From: Tubiluchus corallicola
Taxonomy: Eukaryota; Animalia; Priapulida
Direction: 5' to 3'
Length of the DNA stretch: 64,000 nt
Assembly: GCA_030141605.1 (NCBI GenBank)
Contig: JAQGDQ010000172.1
Coordinates: forward strand, 381,695-445,694
A program made the translations under genes and the position numbers. The notes under the pieces are model-generated. The model did not search any database, was not told the DNA's origin, and saw nothing but the letters and a program-made list of their open reading frames with translations. This document shows positions 23,846 through 38,200 of the stretch, piece after piece. Position 1 is the first letter of the stretch; each line of letters opens with the position of its first letter.

Positions 23846-24124
23846 TGATGTCTAAAGGGATGCTGCACCAATAGTTTAAATTTTGTGTTTATATTATTTT
23901 ATATGGGTATTATACAACAACATGTGATATTTGTGAATGTGTAAATATTTTGTTTTTTTATAAATGCTTTAATTGTACTCTTGTGAGCGTGTGCGTTATG
24001 TAAAGGAGGGCAAAAATTTGTATTAATATTTGTATACGTGTTCTGCTATCCATTGAATATATCAAATATATCAAAAAATATTAAAGGAGTAGTACGCAGT
24101 TGAAAAACCAGTTGAAAAGAATCT

Positions 24125-24480
24125 ACCGTGCTTCATCAGGCTTCTTGATTTTTCCTGGATCCTCCACATGGCGCCAGCATCTTTTTGTATTGTTGTTTTT
24201 ACCAGTGTCATATGTTGGTTGGTTGTACAACGGCTGATATCGTGTGGTAAGATATTCTTTGGGTGATGTCGATACTGGTTCGTTTTGTAACTAGGTGACT
24301 TTGTTCGTACATTTGTTGATGTGTATTCTCTTCGATTGCCTTGCTGATTGTTTCAATGGGCACTTGCTACCTGTTGGATACTTGTAGGGGCATTCTAATC
24401 AGCTTTGGAGGAACGTGCTGAGGCTGTTTGGGTTATCGAGTCCAACTAACTTCCAGTAATTAACGTACTGACACCAAAAT
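24125..24480 (-). mobile_element. Possible Penelope-like element 3' fragment
   Basis: IHINKCTNK-like tail and CCTGATGAAG end motif; heavily decayed. Confidence 0.3.
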
Positions 24481-27400
24481 GCCGTTAAACCCAATATGAA
24501 ATGATGACTTGCCACCCATGCAAAGACTCTTTCAGTATGGGTTTTTTCGTTGGGCGTACAAACCCAGTTATACAAGTCCTATGTTTTTTTTGTTAAAATG
24601 TGTAAACATTCCAGTTGTTCGGGGGTTATGGCGACAATTCGTATGGTTTGGTTATACAGTTTTGCAGCTTATGATGAACTATACGGATGTATTTGCTTTC
24701 GTCTACGTTTACATTGCATATAATTTGTCATAAACCTGCAGGATCTATCAGATCTACAGTCGCCTCATTTGCTGACTTAGAGCAATGTCACTACCATAAC
24801 CGAAGCCACAGTTGCAGTAATTGCACCGTTATATGGAGATCAAACAAACCAAAAGAGGCGCTGGCGTTATTGTTATTACAGCTTTAAACAAAGAAAATAT
24901 GTAACTTTACGTAAAATCCCCAAAACCCAAGTTTTTAGAAAGTCGGAAGCTTTGATTGCTAAGGGTGCCTCGTGGTACACAGTAATAAATTACCTCAGTT
25001 AGAGAGTCACATTCAAACTGAATTGTTTCTTACGTTTTTCAATATCACGATTTTTCTGCGTTATTTGCGCACTGAATAACTTATATATCCGATTAAATTA
25101 TTGAGAATGTTGTAGTCGTTCCTTAAGTCATTTAAAGGGCAGTACAGCCTGTCTTTTGTTTTGTTTCCCTTCCCTCCTTAAGTGAATTAGGAAAAATAAT
25201 TTAATCAAGCCTAGCAAAGCACATAGTTTTTTGCAAACGTTGCACAACGTAATTCTTTTTGGGCAAAAGTTGTGTAAAAGAAAAAAGTTATTTTAAAGAA
25301 AATTTATGGCTTTTTTACCAAAAATCAACTTCAGACAGAACCAGTGGCTTTGAAAATCGCCCAAAACAACGAATTCATTTCAAAAACATTGAACAAAGAA
25401 CCAGAACCATGGTTCAAGAATTTTTAACAAAATCTTTCCATGCAAAGCCCATTGCCTTTTCACAAAAATAATCGAGAGCAAAGTCCTAAAGTAACTGAAG
25501 CAGTAATAACATCTTCACCACGTCAAATTGCCTTCATCCGTTTTAATCAGCTTTACTTTACTTATTTCTGAAGGTTAAACAAACCAATGAAGATTCACAT
25601 TGATATTTAACCCATAGTCACTGCTCACTATAATAGTACAGGAACATAGTTCACTTTTTTGCAAAACAAAAATTCTGGCCTAGCCAAAAATTGGAATCAA
25701 TGTCTTACATTTTAGCCCCGCCAATCTCGTCCAGTTGTGTGAAGTAACCAACTGAGCTCCAATCATCAGATCTCTACATCCTCTATACCCTACTTCATCA
25801 CATTTACTGTATTTTTAAGAAGTCAGAAATAATACAACAGTGTTTTATGTGAAGCTCTGCAAAGCCAACTGCCAGTAAATCTTTCTATACAGGTAATGAA
25901 AAGAAGCCAGCAATTGATTAAAGGTAAATGCATAGTTCAAGGTTCTGTATAATGATGGAAGTTTGTATACAGAGAAATAAATCAGTTTCATAGCTGAAAT
26001 TTAGTGAGTTCTTTGCATGAGATTAAAATTTGATATTTTTACAAAAGAATGTAATAACATGACTATCAGAATAACATTCACTGGATAAATGTATGTACAT
26101 GCTATTGAAAATCATGACTTATTATAATAACGTCATAATCAGTTAAACAAATTGATAGAATCATGAGCTTCACGACATTGATCACTATACTCCTTACAGC
26201 TTTCCCACCTTTCACATCGTCATGTCCTTCCTCCTCCTCATCTTCGCCCCAGCCAGGCATTGAGTTTCACTACAAGCAAAACTTGTCCCAACGACAGACA
26301 TAGTAACTGAAAATTGTCCTAAGTGAAGCCTACGCCTTTCTTATCCGAAGCGAAACTCTACCTGCCTTCAATGAAGCGCAAGGCAGTAGCTGGCGTTATG
26401 ATGATGAACATGATGATAGACACCGGGGAAGTGAGATAAAACCGCAAGCATTGTGCATCTGTAACTCTTACAGTTCAGAATGCTAGACAGATATTGGCGA
26501 GAAGCTTGGTAAACCTGAAATACGTATATGTGTGTATTAATCAATAGCAATCATCGAGCTGAGATTAGAAAAAAATCAATACAAGTTCTGCATGGTAAAA
26601 ATAATAATAAAAGTTATACTGATTAGTACTTGATGATAAGAAAATCTATAAAACTTTATAACCTATCGTTGGTTAATATTGATGCACGTTTCTAGTTTTT
26701 ATTTTTTTATTTTTATTGAGTTATTATGGAACGTACAAAGGCGCAGGCGTAACGACGGGCATTATAGCAGCAAGGCACAGAAGCGCATGCATTCTCTATA
26801 ACCGCAGTTACTGCAAAGCTGATTGCCTAAGTATATTAGTGACTGCCTGCAACAGTGCGAAATTAACTTCTGGAAGCCTAAAAGAATCATTTCACTGGAC
26901 GCTTTGTCGATCTTTTGTAAGTGCATGGAAAAAGACGAAAGGAGATAAGTACACTATTCAGGTATTTTGCACGTTTACAGATTTCTAAGGATGATTCTTT
27001 ATTTGTTCGCTTTCCGTAACAAAGTAATTAGTTTTCTGAGAAATAATCCATGTAGTAGCATAAGTTATGAATAAGCTATATAAATTTGCTAGCGACACTT
27101 TAATTACTTATTCATGGAAAAATGCAGTTCACGTCCAGGCGTCGGGTCACATGCACAGTTAATACAAGCATTACTGGATACGAATATTTACAAATAAAGC
27201 CATTCTCAAAAGTCAAGTAGGCAAGCAGGCAATCATGCAAACAGGTTGCCTGGCAGAAGGCAGACAGGTAAGTAGGTAGGCAGATAGGCAAACAGGTAAG
27301 GAGGCAGTAGACGAGTAAACGAGCAAGCAATCAAGTAACATCTATTGCTTATTAAACGAACGTGTATTAAATTATTTTTACCACCTATTAACCTTCGGGG

Positions 27401-27746
27401 TTTGTGATTGAAAAGTTCAATGGTTAAATATTTTCAACAAGCAAAAAGAAATATTGTTGTCCTAAATCTGGACATAATCTTCCTAGTCGATAGAGCTTAA
27501 CGGCGTTAAATAATGACGAAACTATTTGTACCACAAATTGCACCCGCCGTAACACAATAAGCTAAAATTATTCTGCGACAAAACCACTGTGAAAAGTGTG
27601 TGATAACATAGTTATACTAATACTCTGTCATCTCATTCAAATTCTAAGAAAGCTGCTGGATGAACTACATACTTATCTAACGTTCTTAAGAATCCTTTTA
27701 AACTTTGTATTGTTCGAGATCAATTAAGTGAACACGTTTTCAGAGT

Positions 27747-29052
27747 TACTTAAAAACCTTGTTAATTAAATACAGCATTTTTAGAAAACGCAGCCTATTT
27801 AATTTTTGTGTAAGATGTTTTGTTACATAAATTAGCCAATTATGTCCTATTCTCGCACAGATGTTTTCGTTTATTCGGGCTATCTGAACATTTGATTATA
27901 CACATCAGTGATTTGCGCCCTGTCTTTTGTGTTCAACTTATATGGTTTCAGGATTATTTTCTTATTAAGCCGTATGCGTTTTGTTGTATCAGCATTACTA
28001 CACATATTTAAGCATGCGCATATATATATATGTATATATATATTTGTACTCAACGACATACTTTATTTATTATGTTGAAAATTCTGGCTGTACCGCAACT
28101 TCTTTTTAAACATATTCCCAAAAACGCGGCACTGGACTGGGCTCAACCGACACAAATGCCTTTACCCCATTTACGTAAGTGTACATCGTCTCTTGACAAC
28201 TGAAATAGACGGAGTGGTATTACATATCATCAGTGAAACAGATTTCCTGCCTGTCGCCCATTTATTTACTAACAAGGTTTGACGTTACTTAACTGCCATC
28301 GCTAAAATAAGCACGGTGACCACACAGTTATCTCAGCTTTTTGTCTTACCTTCGCTGACCACAACGTAAAGGAAACAGATAATTTATATATGAATCTGGA
28401 CTCGAAGGGATAGGGCCTCGCTCATAGGAAGAATTGCTTGACCAGCGAAGGTGACCAGCGTGACACTACCGCCTATTATAGGCCCTCTATGCTTGAGATG
28501 GAGTAAGAACTTGATGAAAACTGGCACTAATCACGACACCACTCTGGTCTTAGTTCTTTCAACGTAAAAGCTCATATCACCCATTCAAAAAGAGGAATTA
28601 TTTACTGGAAGATGTGCAGTTCGAGATAAAGGCAAAAATGATACAATGTATTTGCCATCGTTTTTCGGTTTTTAAAAAATCTGATATCCAAGTAAATTCT
28701 TGTTTTTTTTTAAGTAAATTAATGTTAGAATCAGCGAGCGTAGACCTTTATCATCAACCATATCATTCAAGATAAATATAAATGTCTAGATATACATGTA
28801 GTAATACTTATACAACAAAGCGCATACAGCATTGATAACAAAATAATCCTGAGACCATATAAGTTGAACACAAAAGACGGGACACAAGTCACTGATGTGT
28901 ATAATCATACCTGAGATAGCCCGAAGAAATGAAAACACCTGCGTAAGAATAGGACATATTTGGCTAATTAGCACAAGAATATATTCTATACTAAAACTAA
29001 TAGGTTGCCTTTTCCAAAATGTGCTGTTTTTTAATTAACACTTTATTTAAGT
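27747..29052. repeat. Inverted repeat pair (~260-bp arms at ~27747-28010 and ~28790-29052, ~780-bp spacer)
   Basis: ORFs 27820+ and 28786- share IIHISDL-PVFCVQLIW-QDYF, and the arms match at nucleotide level. Confidence 0.85.
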
Positions 29053-29399
29053 GTGAAAGCAAAAAAAGTGAAATAAAGGACAATGTGAAATTTTTCGAGA
29101 TGTTATGCCACTTGAACTAAATAAAATTTTATGCAGTAACTATCATAATGATATTGGTGTAGGAGACAAATAATTTCCAAAATTTGAAGAGAAGTTGTTT
29201 AAGTTTTTGATGCACAAGTTCCAAGTTCTGTTATTAATGTTAATTGTTATTACTTAACAAATCAGAGATGCTGGATTTATTTTAAGCCAAATGATGTTTC
29301 AGATCACTGGTGTGGTTTATCATCAGGTGAAAAAAAGAGGAAAGGGGAAATATTTAGTAGCTTAATGTGATTATTTTCCCCGTTTTTCTGTTGTTTTTA

Positions 29400-30266
29400 C
29401 CCTCATTATATGCAGATCGGTGTATTAAATCATTACGAGCTTCAAAACTAGGTTGTTACGTATATTATAAGTATGCAAGAATTGTTTGTTATGCCGACGA
29501 TATTTTATTAATGGCTTCTAGTATTAATGTTCTGCAAAAAGTTCCAACAATATGAGTTATATGCTAAGACGTGGGATATTACTTTTAATAGTCATTACTA
29601 TTGTGTTTTGGTGACAACACAGCTATCGCAACAAATATAGTTTAGATGGATGCAATTTAGTTAAAGTTAGATATTTAGGATACGATATTGTATCAGGAAA
29701 AGAATTCTCGTGCGATTTAACTAGGCTCAAAAGAAATATGTACTGTAAAATGAACAATATTTTACGTACACTAGGTAAACGAAAGTCGGAAATGACAACA
29801 TCTTTTTTAACGAACACTAGCTGTTTACCAACTGTAATTTATACTTCAGAAGTGAGGTCAGTGAAAAGTAGAGACTTAGACACTGTCAAAGTTGCGTGGA
29901 ACACTGAAAACGATAGATTGCTTCAGTACTTCTGTAATATGATGCCACTAAACTATTTAATCGATTTAAGAGAACTTATATTCTATATAAGTCTTATGCT
30001 TCACACAGATAGCTATATTGTTAGAGTCCTCTATGAAATTAATAAGCTAGATCAATCGTTCGTACGAAATATAAGACACCACTGAACTTGTCTTGTATTA
30101 ATGCAAAACGTCTAGTAGAAAATGAATTTTTTTGTAAGAACCTAAACACCAGAAATCTTATATGAAATAACAAACTTGTATATATTGTACTTTATTTTAG
30201 ATGTGAATTTTTTTGTGTTGTATTTTTATTGTATTTTATTGTACCCTTTTTGTGATGTACTGTATC

Positions 30267-30350
<84 letters not shown>

Positions 30351-30351
30351 T
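29400..30351 (+). mobile_element. 5'-truncated LINE (L2/Crack-like) RT fragment ending in a (TTA)n tract
   Basis: SKLGCYV...YADDILL, VRYLG, CLPTVIYTSE motifs; (TTA)n at 30267-30351. Confidence 0.8.
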
Positions 30352-30370
30352 ACAGAATGCACCAACTAAA

Positions 30371-30825
30371 ACATGGTCCGGACTTATTATTCTCTTACCA
30401 TTAGGGTTATGACCTTTTGAGGCCCCCAGGTTAACGAAATTATGAGGCCCTTCAGACGAAGCTATCCTCTAATTTGCTCGCACTCACTCTTCTCGAATAT
30501 ATTTTACTTATGATGTATTTCAGCAACATTTGTATAGCTGGAGACCCATAATTCAAATAAATGGCTTCAAAGAGGGCCCGTTATCTTAAATAAAGGACCT
30601 CAAACAAGGACCCTTTGTATCAAACAAAAGGCCTCAAACAGTGACCCTTTCTCTCAAATGAGGAGCCACTGTAAAATTGGATTTTCAGAGTTTCTGGCCG
30701 CCTTTTTTGCAGTTGAAATTTTATTGTAAGTTATATGAATTATTCAACAACGCAAAGTATAGTCCCCCAAGCTTGAGGGGCACTAGGTTGTAGCTTATGC
30801 TAGCCTGTAAGGTAAATCAGCCCTG
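30371..30825 (-). mobile_element. Second, inverted copy of the hAT-type MITE at 13036-13425
   Basis: Reverse-complement similarity along its length; ends AATCAGCCCTG. Confidence 0.75.
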
Positions 30826-33800
30826 CTCACGATACTTATTCTTAGGAAGCATTCATTGAGTAACATGAGTTTTTGTGGATGCCAGTAAAGTGAATGTTGT
30901 CACGCTACATTTAGAGAACAATCAATTCACGTTGTAATAAAAGCAACTTTGCGTTTTGCTACGCGTTCATAAGTGAGACGGTGAAAACATGTTCCAATAT
31001 TAGCCCTAATGAGAACTAATAGCTTGCCTCTGCATCAAAGCTTTATTAACCTTGAATCAAATTTAACCACGTTTAGCAGTTTGACGAAAGCACTAAAACT
31101 ATAGTGTATATAATAACTAAACGTTCCAACAGACTTTATCGCAACTCTGTCCAGACGTGGGGCTAGTTTTTCTTTGTAACGTTGAAAATCTTACTAATGT
31201 ACAGGTATTTTAGCTCAAGGACGGCGTAACGAGAAGGAAAAGTGGTAAAGAACATATTTTTGTGTTGGATGACTAAAATAAACAACTTTTAAAAAGTGCC
31301 TGCAATTTTATACTTTGACATTTCAATATAGGCATTTTTTCAAAATAACCACTCTTCAAACGTGTAAACATTCATATTACAAAATATTAGACATTAATTT
31401 TAAAGCGTATAATATGTCTATACGATCACTAAGTTTGCGTGGAGATATGAGACGAGGGATTATGCTGGGTGGTAAGGGTGTGAGCTTGGCTGGACAGTCA
31501 AATAACTCTAGACTTAATTAATAAACGGACGGGTGACTATCGGTTGAACGGCGTCATCTGCCCTACTACCCCCATTATTTATCTCTTTCAAGGGGGGGAG
31601 TATACATTTGCAAATGTGATTTAGATACCTTCCGTCGATTCACTGTCTCATCTTAAAAATATCATTGATGTTGTAATTGTTAATGAACAAGGTTCCGATC
31701 CCGCCTCAATTACCTTGCATTAAGCTAGTCTGCTGTCGATTGTTGGGTAGTGATCTGTGACAGATAAAGGACAACTGACGGGCTTTCAAGCTACAGTAGC
31801 TAAGAAAACGATGTGTTCTGCTCAAGAATTCACTGACTAGACCCACTCGTTCGGGTTCGAATCCCACTCTTGTCGGAATGCTTTGAGGCGCTTGCTACTT
31901 GTACAAGACTCTTCCGTCGTCATCCGAGGCCTAGTCAGCCTTACTTGAAAACCCGAAGGATAACGCTTCTCAACGACGCACTAGCCATCTGAGCTTCGTG
32001 TGTGCTGAGGCTTCGTAAATACCGTGCAAATGCCGCAATCATTTATCCCAAAGCTAGACACGTCTGGGGGCATTCTCCTTCTTCTTCTCGCTCTTGTTTC
32101 CCCTCCTTAGGAGCGTCACATATTTCCTGTAACAAGAAGAAATATAAAACATTTAATATTCAATATTATATGTAGCATACCATCACTGCTGCCAGCCTCA
32201 AATGAGAAGTTAGCGTTGCTGTGGCTAGAAGGAATATTGACAGCTTCAGCCTCGCTGCATCTTCTCGCGTATAGGCAGAATCTTAGTGAATATCTGGACC
32301 AGATAGCGTGGACACCGTGGAAACAACGAAACAACAACGCCGAAGGACGTGAACCCTAGTTTGGCATAGTTAACTTAGTCTCATCTTATCCTTAACCCAA
32401 GCCTCTAAGCAGAGGCGAGGGAATGAGCAATGCTAGGCTGTGTTAGTGAATGAATGGGCGACCGATAGAAAAGCTACTTCTACTAATGTCATTCACACTT
32501 CCCATCCTTTTTCTCTGTTGAAAGAATGCTGTACGTACACACCCATCTGTGGCTGCCAGTTCAATATTTGATCCTAGATAATGGGAGTCACCTTGATAAT
32601 GAGCAAGACTCTAGTCTCAAGACAATATAGAATAAATGCTAAAAATCGACTTGTGCGTTAACTTCTAAACCGTAATTATAAAAACGCTAGATAACCTGAA
32701 AGTAACCGTAGCATAGTTTGAAGCCAATTATACTTCTCTTTTAATGTTTACTTATGTTAGCACTAATTAGGCGTCCAACGTACCTAAGGATGCACGGTTT
32801 AGGCCCGTGTTGTAGTACAAAGTTTTAATTAACTAATTACGCTACTGCATGTGGCAAAATCTGTTTGATTCGCGTGCTTCAAGGAAACGGTTTCTGCGTG
32901 TAAGTGAACCTTTTTCTATAAAATTTACGCACAAAGCTATCTACATCTTGGATATAGAATTACAGTAACTGCAGCAGTTTCGCCGGTAAAAATTGCATAA
33001 TAGAACCTGTGGGAGTTAAGATTACGTCGTATATAATCTTAACCAAGCACTTAAACGGCGTATCAGTTCTTTAATTTACTGAGAAAAGGTAAAATCCTTG
33101 CAAGTTCATCAAGCCACAGCTTTCACGCTGCTTCACGCAGCATCGGGATAGGTTTAAGGGAAATAGGTGTTATAAATGGCCAGTTTGTTGCCCTCGAATT
33201 TGTAACAGCACAGGCCCAGACGTTCCCTTTTCCTCTTCGTCAAAAAACAGACATGCACAAGGGCAGTCATTACCTGTTGCTTATTTATCCCCTTTTCTAG
33301 AACATTTATATTACGCTTTGCCAAAGCTACTTATGATGTATTAAATCTTGTGATGTTTTGGTATATATGTATTAAATCTAATGGTCTTTTGCCTACAGCT
33401 GTTTATATAACTAACGCTTTGGAAAATTGATTATGGTGTATTAAACTTGGCTATAAGAGCATTGCCTGTAAGTATTATTCAGCGTCTGCTTGTGTATATG
33501 TAAGCTCCTGAACTCGGCCAGTAGTTCAAAAAGACACTTGCACTTATTTTACGGTTCATGCCAAGAATTCAACATTTAAACATTATATGTTTTGTAATGG
33601 AACTCGACGTTACCTCGCTTAGCTCGCACGTTTAGTGGTTTAATCAGTATTTACGATGATGACGTCAGTAGCTGAAGAACTGTAATGGGTGAACCTCAGA
33701 CTCTGATGCTAAATTATTGCAGTAGGACTATACGATTGCCATCATTAAGCTGATACATTTCACACTATTTTTAAACCCTTATTGAAATTCAGAATAAGTA

Positions 33801-35039
33801 ATAGACTCACTTGTGGACGTATAATGCGCTGGTAATGACTCGTCAATGCAGGCGTTGACAACAGATATAACAATGTTTAGAGTGCGCTATCTAAGACTTT
33901 GTTTTAACCATAAGTGGCCATTTTGCTAACATCTTTTTAAAAAATATGCAACACTCCGATTTTTACGTATTTTTTTTGAGTTCTATACTCAACGTATGAC
34001 TTCGTTGTCTTGCATATGTTTGCAAAGGGCTGCATCAAACACATTCAATAGTATTAAACATTATTTGCTAAAACAGGCCGTCAAATGAGCAAATTATCTG
34101 GAAAAGGAATCGAGCGAATGTTGCTGAAAGTTATAGATTTGGCGCCCATAAATACATGAGTAAATAAATATAACTAACGGATACGTTGATGATGTTCAGC
34201 TTTTTGTTTACCCTCATAATTAATCTTTCTAAATTTTGGCAGATTTCGCATTCATATGACAATAAGCGGCATACCTTCACATTTGAATTAAAACTACAAA
34301 ACAGTTTGTACTGCCTTAAGCGTGTGAAATGGGCACCAAATCCCATTTTTAAGTAACCAACATTTTACTTTAGTGTAGTTTTTGTAAGTAAATTGTAGTC
34401 TGGTTGCATTGATGGTTAGTGAAATTCTGGTTTGTCTAGAGTCACCTACATTAAGGTAGATTCTACCATTGAATGCTCCATCCCCGTCTGCATGGTAACG
34501 AATTATGGAAAAAAATCGACTACAAACTTAAATTTACTCCACAATAGTAAACTATAGAAAATCGACTACGCTTATCCATCCATTTATTTTCCAGGCTAAG
34601 AATTATTAACTTTGGTTAAGCACACACTGCTACCACTTCCATTCGTCTTCCCTCATCTATTGTTTCAAAAACATACCAGCCAGCAAATTTACTTTATGCA
34701 ATCACAGTTTTTGTTCAGAACTTTCTCACCAAATCAGCTTCAAGGATTTAGGTTCCAGTCACACATGCTAGTTTTGTTTCTTGTTAGTGGCAGCTAGACG
34801 GACTCCTGCAGCAAAGAAAAATAAGTTTTATCATATTAATTTAGAAACGTTTTTAAAGGAAGACCGGACAATTGTTTAGACTCAATCTCATTTTAATTTA
34901 CTGCTTAAAACATACATTTTCTTGCCTATAAAAGTTAACAATTGTTCCTTGTATTTGAATAATTAGCTTAGAAAGTTATTTAACGGCAACCGATCACAGC
35001 TATTGCCTACGTCAGAAACTAACCACAGTTTGTGCAATG

Positions 35040-35240
35040 GCAGGTGTCTTCCCTTGCGCGTCAAGCACATTTGCATACGTGTTACAGTACTGCCTAAACG
35101 CATGATGTCCCGAAAAATGGGCTTTTTATCATATGACGTCATGAAATTTACACAGCAGTTCATGATCATGGTTATCACGGTACCGCCTTCTTTTTGTCGG
35201 GTACGCGCACGTGACAAAAAGGCGCCGTTGCCAATCTTAG
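35040..35240. promoter_or_regulatory. CpG-richer cluster of TF motifs (candidate promoter/enhancer)
   Basis: E-box CAGGTG 35041, octamer ATTTGCAT 35069, CRE TGACGTCA 35134, CACGTG 35208 and CCAAT 35231 within 200 bp. Confidence 0.4.
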
Positions 35241-38200
35241 TAGATTCACTGAGCAGCAGAACTTGAAAGTTTAACGAAATTTGAGTATCCGAGGTAATTA
35301 TTATTTAATCTAATCTTTGGTTTCAAATAAGCTATTGTGGTTTTCAATATTTTAGAGCATTCTTTATTCTGAACTCGTGTTTACACAACCATCCGGTTTT
35401 CCTTTAAGGTGCAATTAACGACTCTTAAATTTATAATAAATATTACTTTAGAAAATTTGTTAGGTATGTACTGATGTAGGCATAAAGTATATTTAACAAA
35501 CAAAATTAAATAAATTAAGTACTGTATTGTATGAATATACAGGCAATCTGTAAAATACAACGTGCTCAACGAAATTATAAATTTTAAGGAATGCACGTGA
35601 TCTTTCTTTCTAAAAATTTTAAATAGCGTTTTAGTCGCACGAAGTGATTAAGTTCTAAGGAAGAACGGCGGAGAAAACGTTCAATTGATCCCTTTTTCAA
35701 TAATTCAATTACGTAGTCTTTTCATATTGCCACTTCTCTAGATTATGACAAGTTTTATTTATGCTGTAATGAGATTAACTTTGGAAAACGGGAATAAATT
35801 CTAAATCAATTCGCATCTCAGATCTAATGTGCATCATCTCACAGAGAAATATTGGCAAGGCAAAGCACTGCAGTAAGGCGTTTTGTATAGGGGGGTAGTG
35901 GATGGGAGCAGATAAGGACTAAGAAGCCAAGGAAGCAGCGCTGGTTCGCTTTTAAAATTGAAAAAGAAAAGACTCGTTGTGCAATTGTCTGCTAGCCAAT
36001 ATCTTCACTTCGTATAATAAGGAACAAACGTCAGTGTAATTGTCGTAAATAATTCTGGATCCTCTGGGTTTGCTGCAGTAATATGTTAGTAAACGTACTC
36101 GTGATGTGTGTTAATTTTTCTCAGCGTTAATTGATGATTTTCAAGCGGGATGAAACCAAAATGTTGTTTACTTGATGTACAACACATGACACAGTTTAGC
36201 CATGAATTTAAGTTTCTCTAAACTAATGAAACGTAAATCAAATTATGAACAGTAGCCGCCACGCCCCACGAAATCAGACTAGTTATTTAGTTTAGCAGGA
36301 ATGGGTACCAGCAGCAAAAATGGCTTCGTTAAGAACTAGGTTGACAATCCCGTTATGATCCGACCATTTTAGTTTCGTGATAATAATAATCGTGTTTTGA
36401 CCAAGTTAACTATGTGGAAAATGGGTGAACAAAGAGCTCGAAAGTGAACAATTTTGTCCCAAAATACTTACTACAGGGGCAAGATGGGCTTTGTTTAAGA
36501 GGGTTTAACTTACTACGTACGCATTTCTGTCTGCACGAACAATGAATGCATTCTAGTAGCCCCTTGGGAATTCAATTCAAGAGCGTCTGTTAGTAATCAA
36601 ATTAGGAAACTGTGAAGTATTATCAGTTGGAATTAAATAAAAACCCCATTTAACCTAGCACTGCAATGTCATTGTCACGTATCGGCGAGTCGCGCTCTCG
36701 ATATCTGGCGTGCTAGACGTGTTGTTAGTTGATATCAATCTGTTTTTCTTGTGTTGGATTGTTTTTAATTCAATTTGTCAACACCAGTGCTGGAATTTTC
36801 TAGCACTGTCGTTTTATACCTTGTGTTGGGTAATACGAATTTAACCTTGAGCACTTTGTGAAAAGTAACTAAAATGTAAAACGCCTATCCAAGAAAAGTA
36901 AATACCATATTTCCAAATTATACTATATGCAAACTAAAACTCATTCGTGCAATTAATTTTGTTTTAGTAAAAACGTTTAGGCTAGTTTGTCAGTGTTGTT
37001 TAAAATTTAAAAATTTTAATTTCTTTAAATTGAAAAATCCAAAACGGCTGCCAGAAAGTCGTAGAATATTAAGCTTTTCATTACATAGTTGTATATGAGC
37101 TTAATATAAGTATTATAGGTATTCCTATTATAAGTAAGCAGTTTAAAAAACATTTCGCTTGGTTTTCTTATCCAATGCGCTTTTCTCCCGACAGAACTTT
37201 TAATAAATCGCATTGATTCTTTTGCTTATTAACTCTTTTGCTTCAGCTTGCTTCTATAATTGGAAGAATAGAGAAAAACAACTGACAGTCGTGAAAACTA
37301 ATAAGACTGATTTAAACTAGCGAGTGTAGCTAAAAGTAGAAAGTTGATCGAGAAAGCAAATGATGACAGTAACGTGACAAAGCTGTATAGCTAACCTCTA
37401 CCTTTAATTATACAAGGAAGGTGCTGATTTCGCAAAGTGCACACTGTGCAGGATACCGTTGGGTTATCTAAAAGCACTGTTTCACAGCTGTATGGTTAGA
37501 GGTCATTATAATAAGGAATGCTTTTTTCACTTCAGCTCAATTCAATTCTTTTTAAATTCTGCAAATGGCACATAGGCACATAAATCTGTGTTACTCTCTG
37601 ACACTCATTGCCTATAGACGAGAACTCACTATTTGACTCTCGAGAACTCGCCGAGGCGTTCACACTAGTAGCTCGTAGGAAATCAACTCGCAGCAACTGT
37701 CGAAAAAATTACTTTAACTTACCGACAGTAACTCGCAAAGCAGTTCGCTCTTACCATTTTGCTGTCAGAAAGAAATCTGGCCACAGAAAAATAGCTAGTC
37801 TGAACGCGTCGTTAATTAGGTGAATCACATATTTGAGGGCGCTAAAAAATAGCGTAATCTGACGATGCCCTCACATTGTTTTACACGTATCTTAGTGTGT
37901 ACATTACCAAAGAAATTAAAACTAAATAATACTAGCAAACTTTAAAATTTAATATCAAAGTCAGTAGGAGGTTAACTCATAAGGCATTGATGTTGGCAAC
38001 GACAAGAATAGTTTTGAAGAATACGTTATTCAAGTTGTCAGGAAATGACAGCATCAAAAGCACATGGTACTGAAAGCGACCTTGAATATAAAGAGTAGGT
38101 GCTCCGACTGGCATAGAAGCGGGTTTGTGAATATAATGCCATGTCTGTACGTTCTTATGTACCGAATAAATTTTAATGAAGATACTGTATATTACAGTGA

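Noticed and set aside
31853-31875. tRNA-Ser/Leu-like 3' end GGGTTCGAATCCCACTCTTGTCG
   Set aside because: No matching 5' acceptor strand, D arm or anticodon arm; a fragment or SINE relic, not a tRNA gene.
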